Of a DNA stretch of 64,000 nucleotides, positions 31,247 to 42,100 are shown piece after piece. The notes below the pieces were generated by a model. It was not told the DNA's origin. It ran no database searches and worked only from the letters and a program-made list of their open reading frames with translations. The stretch spans positions 2,656,001-2,720,000 of the forward strand of contig OZ246001.1 of the NCBI GenBank assembly GCA_965230295.1, written 5' to 3'. A program made the translations under genes and the position numbers. This DNA is from Marinicella sp. GTDB taxonomy: Bacteria > Pseudomonadota > Gammaproteobacteria > Xanthomonadales > Marinicellaceae. Position 1 is the first letter of the stretch. Every line of letters begins with the position of its first letter.

Positions 31247-32244
31247 GATACTCGGCTTCAGAAAAGTACGAGTTGATTCAACTGGTGCAAGATTCTGAAC
31301 TTTCGGTTCGCAAAACACTGAAAAGATTATCTATTAACCGATCCACTTTCTATGGCTGGCTTGAGCGTTACGAGAAAGATGGTTTAGCTGGATTGTCTGA
31401 CAAACCAGCTAAACCAAGTCGGGTGTGGAACAAGATCAGTGAACAACACCAACAAGCCATGCTCCAAATGGCTCTAGATGAAACTGATCTGTCACTCAGA
31501 GAGTTGGCTGTGAAATACACCGACACACAAGGCTATTATGTATCAGAATCAAGCATGTACAGGTTGTTAAAGTCTCAAGACCTGATCACTTCACCTGCTT
31601 ATATCCTGATGCAGGCTGGAGACAAGTTTGATCAGCCCAGCAATCGGGTAAACGAGCTTTGGCAGACTGATTTCACTTACTTCAAGATCATTGGCTGGGG
31701 GTGGTATTATCTATCCACCATACTGGATGACTATTTCAGATTCATCATTTCATGGCGACTGTGTACCACCATGGCTGCATCTGATGTAACTGACACCTTG
31801 GATGATGCTTTGGCTTTCACAGGGCTGGATCAAGTGCATGTGGACCATAAACCACGATTACTGAGTGATAACGGTCCATGTTATATATCAGGCCAACTGG
31901 CTGATTACCTGAAAGATCAGAAGATAACACACACTCGTGGAAGACCATACCGTCCACAAACCCAAGGCAAGATTGAAAGATGGCATCGTTCAATGAAGAA
32001 TCAAATACTTCTGAATCACTATTACTTACCTAGTGAACTTAAACAGCAGATGCATCGTTTTGTCAGCTACTACAACCATGAACGCTATCATGAATCATTG
32101 GATAACCTAACACCGTCTGATGTCTATTACGGCAGAGCTGAGGAGGTGCTTAAACAAAGAAAACAGATCAAACAAAACACCATCGCCTTGAGGCGACAAT
32201 TACATTATGATAACTTAAACAATATGAACCAATCTGTCTCTTAA
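31243..32244 (+). CDS. IS3 orfB DDE transposase
   Basis: WQTDFTY, LLSDNG, PQTQGKIERWH, YNHERYHESL; GTGA overlap with orfA stop. Confidence 0.93.
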   Translation: MRYSASEKYELIQLVQDSELSVRKTLKRLSINRSTFYGWLERYEKDGLAGLSDKPAKPSRVWNKISEQHQQAMLQMALDETDLSLRELAVKYTDTQGYYVSESSMYRLLKSQDLITSPAYILMQAGDKFDQPSNRVNELWQTDFTYFKIIGWGWYYLSTILDDYFRFIISWRLCTTMAASDVTDTLDDALAFTGLDQVHVDHKPRLLSDNGPCYISGQLADYLKDQKITHTRGRPYRPQTQGKIERWHRSMKNQILLNHYYLPSELKQQMHRFVSYYNHERYHESLDNLTPSDVYYGRAEEVLKQRKQIKQNTIALRRQLHYDNLNNMNQSVS

Positions 32245-32500
32245 ATTAAAAGGTCAGTGGTCCAAAAGGTTTTGACGACATACAATTACAAAGTAAAAGG
32301 TTTAGTTGTACGCCCAACCTGTCAGAAGTCATGATTTGAGCTGAATAATCCATATACATCAATGAGATAAGGGTTATATTCGAATTGAAAATAATTCAGG
32401 TAATTTTTTTTACCTGGTCACTATTGAGCTGTGTTTTATGGGTCCTAAGGGTACATGTACCACACAGTTGTACCCTTCAATGGTACATATGAATTACCTA

Positions 32501-32889
32501 TCAGTACGCTTGACTGTTATTCTTGGTGGTGACAAAACGCAAGATGGTGACGGTCAGCATGATGACCAGGAAGGGAATACAGGTATACAGGATGCCAGTC
32601 CATTGGTAGTTGAACAGCACCCAACCGGCCATCAAGGAAGACATGCCCTGGAAGGTGAAAATACTGAAGTCGTTGACGGCTTGAACTTTGTGTCGTTCAT
32701 GACTTTCATAACTCAGTGGTAATAAAGTGGTACCGGAATAGAACAGGAAATTCCAGCCAATGCCCAATAAGATCAACGCCCACCAGTAATGCAACAGATC
32801 ATGTCCGTGACTGGCAATGATGACCACCCCAACAAACATCAGCGTACCCACCAACAAAAAGTATTTGGTCTTGATGCGTGAACCTAACC
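32501..32889 (-). pseudogene. Duplicated 3' fragment of the MFS gene at 43986..45239
   Basis: 32523..32889 matches 44008..44374 with about 3 substitutions; lacks the 5' two-thirds. Confidence 0.93.
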
Positions 32890-33109
32890 GGTTGAACGGA
32901 AAAGGCATTATTTAGATCACTTAATCTTGGTTAGCTATATGTATCAAGATTAAGTACTTTAAACACAAAAAATTAAATCACCAGGGAATTATTAAACGCA
33001 GTATTGAGTGATGCTCAATTAAAATAATCAGCATTAAATAAGGTTTTGATCAGTTATTAGTGAGAGACTTGAGTGATTATTATGCAGGTTTAAACTTGAT
33101 TATAGACCT

Positions 33110-36100
33110 ATGAAAACCTCAATTCTGTTTTTAATACTTTCCGTGTTTATGGTATCGACAGCAAAAGCTGAATTTGTTTTCACTTTTGAGGCGAGAACGG
33201 GCAATCTGGAGCTGGATTTGTCGACTCATCCAGCTCACAACTATAACTATACCGTGGATATTGATGATGGAGCCCAGGTCTTCGCTGGAATAACCGGAAA
33301 TTTTGTTTATACATTTCAAGGACCTGGCAACCACAGGATCAAGGTTACTGAAAAGTACCCGAATCCTTATCTAGTTGGTTCAACAGCTGCTCAAAATGGC
33401 CAGGTGATCAGCATAGATCAATGGGGTAGTCAGCAGTGGGAATCCATGGATCGGGCATTTCAGGGAGTGGATACGGTTATTTTGGCCACGGATGTACCTG
33501 ATCTGTCGCAAGTAACCAACATGTCATTAATGTTTGCTTCAAGTAACATCGGCTACCTTAATTTGAATGGCTGGGACGTGTCATCAGTTGAAGATATGTC
33601 ATACTTATTTGCTGACGCTTCATTTGTTGACCCACAAGTGGGTCTTTGGAACGTGTCATCGGTGACCGACATGAGAGGCATGTTCAGTCAAGCTTTAAGT
33701 GCCAATCCCGATGTGGTTGGTTGGGATGTTTCTTCGGTGACTCATATGGGCTCCATGTTTTGGAACGCAGATGCCGCCGCTCCCGATGTAAGTGGTTGGA
33801 ATACCTCATCGGTCGTCTGGATGAGAAGCATGTTTCAAGATGCAAACCTTGCCAATCCCGACGTGAGTAATTGGGACACCTCGTCTCTGGAAGATGCATC
33901 TTACTTGTTTAAGGACGCCACCTCTGCGGATCCTGATCTTAGCGGCTGGAAGATTGACAGGGTCACTGGCGTGACGGACATGTTGGCCAATACTGGGTTG
34001 ACGACCGATAACTATGATCGCTTGTTGATTAACTTTGCCAATCAAAATGTCATGAGTGGCCTTGATTTCAGCGCGGGCAGCACACCTTATTGTTATGGTG
34101 AAATTGCCCGAAACTTTTTAGAAAACGCCCATGCGTGGACGGTCACTGATGGTGACAAGGATTGTAGCCACATCAACATAGCCGTGCCATTTGTCACCAC
34201 CTGGGAGGCTACGGCCAGCAACCCGACCATCGATTTGCCTAATGATCCGAATTTTCCAGGTCAATACCTGTTTGATGTGGATATAGGTAATGATGGGTCG
34301 TTTGAATACACTGGTTTGGTAGAAGATTTTAGCCATACATTCCCAAGTCCTGGTTTCTACACCATCGGCATCAAGGGCTTTTATCCCAGCCCTAATTTTG
34401 ATGGTTCAACCGCTGCAACCGACGGCCAATTGCTCAGCGTTGATCAATGGGGTGATATTCGATGGTTGTCCATGCACAGGGCTTTTAGTGGTGTGGACAC
34501 GCAAATGCTTACCACAGATGCGCCTGATCTGTCGCTGGTCACCGATATGTCATACATGTTTGATGACAGTGCCATTGTCAATCTTGATACCAGTCATTGG
34601 GATGTGTCATTTGTAACCGATATGAATGGGCTTTTTTATCGAACAACCGCAATCAATGCTGATGTGAGCGAATGGGATGTATCATCTGTAACTGACATGA
34701 GCAGCCTGTTTGCATACACTTCCAACTGGAATCCAAATATCCGAGATTGGGATGTATCATCCGTGCTGGACATGAAGTTCATGTTTTGGGAGGCGGCTGA
34801 TGCCAGTCCCGAGGTGGGTGACTGGGATGTATCATCTGTGATCAATATGAGCTACATGTTTGGAAACACTCCTGTTGCCAATCCTCAGGTGAGTGGTTGG
34901 GGCACTTCGTCGGTAACTGATATGAGTGGTATGTTCCAGGGAGCCAATGCGGCCCATCCCGATGTGAGTGGCTGGGATGTATCCTCTGTGACAAGAATGA
35001 GCTACATGTTCGGAGGTTCTTCGGCCAATCCAATTGTGGGTGGCTGGAATGTGTCATCTGTAACTGATATGACTGGCCTTTTTTACAATGCCACTGCGGC
35101 TGACCCAAATGTCAGCAATTGGATAACATCTTCTCTTACCGACACAAGTTACATGTTTGCAAACGCGTCAAATGCGAATCCAGATGTCAGTAACTGGGAT
35201 GTATCATCTGTACAAAATATGCGGTTCATGTTTTGGGAAGCAGCAGCTGCCAATCCTGATCTTGCCAGTTGGCAGATACCTGAAGTCATTAACATGACAA
35301 GGATGTTGGAAAATTCCGGGCTGACAACCAGTAACTATGATGCCATGCTGGTGAATTTTGACAGTCAAAATGTCATGAGTGGTGTCACTTTTGGTGCCTT
35401 CCCGACCACTTATTGTAATGCGGATACAGAGCATGCCTCGCTGACGAGTGCCGATGGTTGGGTCATCACAGATGGCGGATTTGATTGCAGCCCCCCGGAC
35501 ACCACGGCCCCGGCTCCACCAGTCTTTGATCCGGTGAATGAAAATACCAATCCAATCACTGGCCTTTCTGAGCCTGGTGCTTTGATTACACTGGATGCCG
35601 TGAATTGTGACAACACTCCTGTGATCACTGCGGCAAATGGTCTCTGGTCTTGTGTTGTTCCTGCCTCTGACCCTCTACAACCTACCACGGTGATCAGCGC
35701 CACGGCCACCGATGACGCTGGTAATGAGTCAGATCCATCCAGCATCATTGTGGGTGACACAGCGGCGAATCAATCAGTGAGCCCAACGATTGACCCGGTG
35801 GCCAATGGTGCCACCGAAATCACCGGAACGGCGGTACCTGACTCAATAATTGAATTCGGATATGGTATCTTCACTTGCGCCAATTCAACGGTGGTGGCCG
35901 ATGCTTGGGGCAATTGGAAATGTACCTCTCCATCCTTTGATGTAACCACTGGCTTTGTCGTCATCGTAACAGCCACCCAGCCTGGTTTATCGGTTTCACC
36001 TGCGGTCACCACCACCGTGTATGATCCGGGTGTGACCTCTCCACCAGCACCTCAGGTCGATCCAACCGATGGCACTTTCGTCAGCGGCAGCACCATTGCT

Positions 36101-39100
36101 GATGGTCTGATCACCGTATATAACGAGCAGTCGATCCAGCTGTGCAGCACAATCGCTGATGCCTCTGGCAACTTCAACTGTACACCGCTGAGTCCTTCAC
36201 CAGTGGTCGATGATGTGCTCAGTGTGATTGTCACCGATGGTGATGGCAACTCATCGTTACCCACCCGGGTCACAGTGCAGGCCGATATTGTGGCCCCAGC
36301 TCCACCCATCATTAATCCGGTGAATGTCGGCACCGACCCAATCACTGGCCTTTCTGAACCAGGTACACTGATCATCCTGGGTATGGCTACTTGTGACAAC
36401 GACCCTGTGATCACAGCTGCAAATGGTGTCTGGTCTTGTGATGTACCTGCCTCCCCACCCTTGATGATCGGCACAGTGATCAGTGCCACAGCCACCGATG
36501 CCTCAGGCAATGTCTCTGATCCATCCAGCACCACCGTGGGGGCCCTATCAGGTCAGTCAGAAAGCCCAACATTTAACCCAGTGGCCAACGGGGCCACCCA
36601 GGTCACCGGTACAGCAATACCTGGTTCAATCATTCACTTAGGCGGTGGTGCGATCACTTGTTTTGAACCAGAGGTGGTGGCTGATGCCTCAGGTAACTGG
36701 ATCTGTACCTCACCCTCATTGGTGCCAGTCACCGGTGATGTGATCAGTGCAACGGCAACCCAGTTTGGTTTATCGGTTTCACCTGCGGTCACCACCACCG
36801 TGTATGATCCGGGTGTGACCTCTCCACCAGCACCTCAGGTCGATCCAACCGATGGCACTTTCGTCAGCGGCAGCACCATTGCTGATGGTCTGATCACCGT
36901 ATATAACGAGCAGTCGATCCAGCTGTGCAGCACAATCGCTGATGCCTCTGGCAACTTCAACTGTACACCGCTGAGTCCTTCACCAGTGGTCGATGATGTG
37001 CTCAGTGTGATTGTCACCGATGGTGATGGCAACTCATCGTTACCCACCCGGGTCACAGTGCAGGCCGATATTGTGGCCCCAGCTCCACCCATCATTAATC
37101 CGGTGAATGTCGGCACCGACCCAATCACTGGCCTTTCTGAACCAGGTACACTGATCATCCTGGGTATGGCTACTTGTGACAACGACCCTGTGATCACAGC
37201 TGCAAATGGTGTCTGGTCTTGTGATGTACCTGCCTCCCCACCCTTGATGATCGGCACAGTGATCAGTGCCACAGCCACCGATGCCTCAGGCAATGTCTCT
37301 GATCCATCCAGCACCACCGTGGGGGCCCTATCAGGTCAGTCAGAAAGCCCAACATTTAACCCAGTGGCCAACGGGGCCACCCAGGTCACCGGTACAGCAA
37401 TACCTGGTTCAATCATTCACTTAGGCGGTGGTGCGATCACTTGTTTTGAACCAGAGGTGGTGGCTGATGCCTCAGGTAACTGGATCTGTACCTCACCCTC
37501 ATTGGTGCCAGTCACCGGTGATGTGATCAGTGCAACGGCAACCCAGTTTGGTTTATCGGTTTCACCTGCGGTCACCACCACCGTGTATGATCCGGGTGTG
37601 ACCTCTCCACCAGCACCTCAGGTCGATCCAACCGATGGCACTTTCGTCAGCGGCAGCACCATTGCTGATGGTCTGATCACCGTATATAACGAGCAGTCGA
37701 TCCAGCTGTGCAGCACAATCGCTGATGCCTCTGGCAACTTCAACTGTACACCGCTGAGTCCTTCACCAGTGGTCGATGATGTGCTCAGTGTGATTGTCAC
37801 CGATGGTGATGGCAACTCATCGTTACCCACCCGGGTCACAGTGCAGGCCGATATTGTGGCCCCAGCTCCACCCATCATTAATCCGGTGAATGTCGGCACC
37901 GACCCAATCACTGGCCTTTCTGAGCCTGGTGCTTTGATTACACTGGATGCCGTGAATTGTGACAACACTCCTGTGATCACTGCGGCAAATGGTCTCTGGT
38001 CTTGTGTTGTTCCTGCCTCTGACCCTCTACAACCTACCACGGTGATCAGCGCCACGGCCACCGATGACGCTGGTAATGAGTCAGATCCATCCAGCATCAT
38101 TGTGGGTGACACAGCGGCGAATCAATCAGTGAGCCCAACGATTGACCCGGTGGCCAATGGTGCCACCGAAATCACCGGAACGGCGGTACCTGACTCAATA
38201 ATTGAATTCGGATATGGTATCTTCACTTGCGCCAATTCAACGGTGGTGGCCGATGCTTGGGGCAATTGGAAATGTACCTCTCCATCCTTTGATGTAACCA
38301 CTGGCTTTGTCGTCATCGTAACAGCCACCCAGCCTGGTTTATCGGTTTCACCTGCGGTCACCACCACCGTGTATGATCCGGGTGTGACCTCTCCACCAGC
38401 ACCTCAGGTCGATCCAACCGATGGCACTTTCGTCAGCGGCAGCACCATTGCTGATGGTCTGATCACCGTATATAACGAGCAGTCGATCCAGCTGTGCAGC
38501 ACAATCGCTGATGCCTCTGGCAACTTCAACTGTACACCGCTGAGTCCTTCACCAGTGGTCGATGATGTGCTCAGTGTGATTGTCACCGATGGTGATGGCA
38601 ACTCATCGTTACCCACCCGGGTCACAGTGCAGGCCGATATTGTGGCCCCAGCTCCACCCATCATTAATCCGGTGAATGTCGGCACCGACCCAATCACTGG
38701 CCTTTCTGAACCAGGTACACTGATCATCCTGGGTATGGCTACTTGTGACAACGACCCTGTGATCACAGCTGCAAATGGTGTCTGGTCTTGTGATGTACCT
38801 GCCTCCCCACCCTTGATGATCGGCACAGTGATCAGTGCCACAGCCACCGATGCCTCAGGCAATGTCTCTGATCCATCCAGCACCACCGTGGGGGCCCTAT
38901 CAGGTCAGTCAGAAAGCCCAACATTTAACCCAGTGGCCAACGGGGCCACCCAGGTCACCGGTACAGCAATACCTGGTTCAATCATTCACTTAGGCGGTGG
39001 TGCGATCACTTGTTTTGAACCAGAGGTGGTGGCTGATGCCTCAGGTAACTGGATCTGTACCTCACCCTCATTGGTGCCAGTCACCGGTGATGTGATCAGT

Positions 39101-42100
39101 GCAACGGCAACCCAGTTTGGTTTATCGGTTTCACCTGCGGTCACCACCACCGTGTATGATCCGGGTGTGACCTCTCCACCAGCACCTCAGGTCGATCCAA
39201 CCGATGGCACTTTCGTCAGCGGCAGCACCATTGCTGATGGTCTGATCACCGTATATAACGAGCAGTCGATCCAGCTGTGCAGCACAATCGCTGATGCCTC
39301 TGGCAACTTCAACTGTACACCGCTGAGTCCTTCACCAGTGGTCGATGATGTGCTCAGTGTGATTGTCACCGATGGTGATGGCAACTCATCGTTACCCACC
39401 CGGGTCACAGTGCAGGCCGATATTGTGGCCCCAGCTCCACCCATCATTAATCCGGTGAATGTCGGCACCGACCCAATCACTGGCCTTTCTGAACCAGGTA
39501 CACTGATCATCCTGGGTATGGCTACTTGTGACAACGACCCTGTGATCACAGCTGCAAATGGTGTCTGGTCTTGTGATGTACCTGCCTCCCCACCCTTGAT
39601 GATCGGCACAGTGATCAGTGCCACAGCCACCGATGCCTCAGGCAATGTCTCTGATCCATCCAGCACCACCGTGGGGGCCCTATCAGGTCAGTCAGAAAGC
39701 CCAACATTTAACCCAGTGGCCAACGGGGCCACCCAGGTCACCGGTACAGCAATACCTGGTTCAATCATTCACTTAGGCGGTGGTGCGATCACTTGTTTTG
39801 AACCAGAGGTGGTGGCTGATGCCTCAGGTAACTGGATCTGTACCTCACCCTCATTGGTGCCAGTCACCGGTGATGTGATCAGTGCAACGGCAACCCAGTT
39901 TGGTTTATCGGTTTCACCTGCGGTCACCACCACCGTGTATGATCCGGGTGTGACCTCTCCACCAGCACCTCAGGTCGATCCAACCGATGGCACTTTCGTC
40001 AGCGGCAGCACCATTGCTGATGGTCTGATCACCGTATATAACGAGCAGTCGATCCAGCTGTGCAGCACAATCGCTGATGCCTCTGGCAACTTCAACTGTA
40101 CACCGCTGAGTCCTTCACCAGTGGTCGATGATGTGCTCAGTGTGATTGTCACCGATGGTGATGGCAACTCATCGTTACCCACCCGGGTCACAGTGCAGGC
40201 CGATATTGTGGCCCCAGCTCCACCCATCATTAATCCGGTGAATGTCGGCACCGACCCAATCACTGGCCTTTCTGAACCAGGTACACTGATCATCCTGGGT
40301 ATGGCTACTTGTGACAACGACCCTGTGATCACAGCTGCAAATGGTGTCTGGTCTTGTGATGTACCTGCCTCCCCACCCTTGATGATCGGCACAGTGATCA
40401 GTGCCACAGCCACCGATGCCTCAGGCAATGTCTCTGATCCATCCAGCACCACCGTGGGGGCCCTATCAGGTCAGTCAGAAAGCCCAACATTTAACCCAGT
40501 GGCCAACGGGGCCACCCAGGTCACCGGTACAGCAATACCTGGTTCAATCATTCACTTAGGCGGTGGTGCGATCACTTGTTTTGAACCAGAGGTGGTGGCT
40601 GATGCCTCAGGTAACTGGATCTGTACCTCACCCTCATTGGTGCCAGTCACCGGTGATGTGATCAGTGCAACGGCAACCCAGTTTGGTTTATCGGTTTCAC
40701 CTGCGGTCACCACCACCGTGTATGATCCGGGTGTGACCTCTCCACCAGCACCTCAGGTCGATCCAACCGATGGCACTTTCGTCAGCGGCAGCACCATTGC
40801 TGATGGTCTGATCACCGTATATAACGAGCAGTCGATCCAGCTGTGCAGCACAATCGCTGATGCCTCTGGCAACTTCAACTGTACACCGCTGAGTCCTTCA
40901 CCAGTGGTCGATGATGTGCTCAGTGTGATTGTCACCGATGGTGATGGCAACTCATCGTTACCCACCCGGGTCACAGTGCAGGCCGATATTGTGGCCCCAG
41001 CTCCACCCATCATTAATCCGGTGAATGTCGGCACCGACCCAATCACTGGCCTTTCTGAACCAGGTACACTGATCATCCTGGGTATGGCTACTTGTGACAA
41101 CGACCCTGTGATCACAGCTGCAAATGGTGTCTGGTCTTGTGATGTACCTGCCTCCCCACCCTTGATGATCGGCACAGTGATCAGTGCCACAGCCACCGAT
41201 GCCTCAGGCAATGTCTCTGATCCATCCAGCACCACCGTGGGGGCCCTATCAGGTCAGTCAGAAAGCCCAACATTTAACCCAGTGGCCAACGGGGCCACCC
41301 AGGTCACCGGTACAGCAATACCTGGTTCAATCATTCACTTAGGCGGTGGTGCGATCACTTGTTTTGAACCAGAGGTGGTGGCTGATGCCTCAGGTAACTG
41401 GATCTGTACCTCACCCTCATTGGTGCCAGTCACCGGTGATGTGATCAGTGCAACGGCAACCCAGTTTGGTTTATCGGTTTCACCTGCGGTCACCACCACC
41501 GTGTATGATCCGGGTGTGACCTCTCCACCAGCACCTCAGGTCGATCCAACCGATGGCACTTTCGTCAGCGGCAGCACCATTGCTGATGGTCTGATCACCG
41601 TATATAACGAGCAGTCGATCCAGCTGTGCAGCACAATCGCTGATGCCTCTGGCAACTTCAACTGTACACCGCTGAGTCCTTCACCAGTGGTCGATGATGT
41701 GCTCAGTGTGATTGTCACCGATGGTGATGGCAACTCATCGTTACCCACCCGGGTCACAGTGCAGGCCGATATTGTGGCCCCAGCTCCACCCATCATTAAT
41801 CCGGTGAATGTCGGCACCGACCCAATCACTGGCCTTTCTGAACCAGGTACACTGATCATCCTGGGTATGGCTACTTGTGACAACGACCCTGTGATCACAG
41901 CTGCAAATGGTGTCTGGTCTTGTGATGTACCTGCCTCCCCACCCTTGATGATCGGCACAGTGATCAGTGCCACAGCCACCGATGCCTCAGGCAATGTCTC
42001 TGATCCATCCAGCACCACCGTGGGGGCCCTATCAGGTCAGTCAGAAAGCCCAACATTTAACCCAGTGGCCAACGGGGCCACCCAGGTCACCGGTACAGCA

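Larger units (their letters stand above)
30802..32284 (+). mobile_element. IS3-family insertion sequence (1483 bp), probably inactive
   Basis: TG...CA ends; 27-bp imperfect IRs TGTATCCCGTCAGCACCATATGGACCA / TGTATGTCGTCAAAACCTTTTGGACCA (21/27); orfA/orfB layout. Confidence 0.93.

Noticed and set aside
30797-32289. Target-site duplication around the IS3 element
   Set aside because: Flanks (AGTTG / ATTAC) do not form a direct repeat
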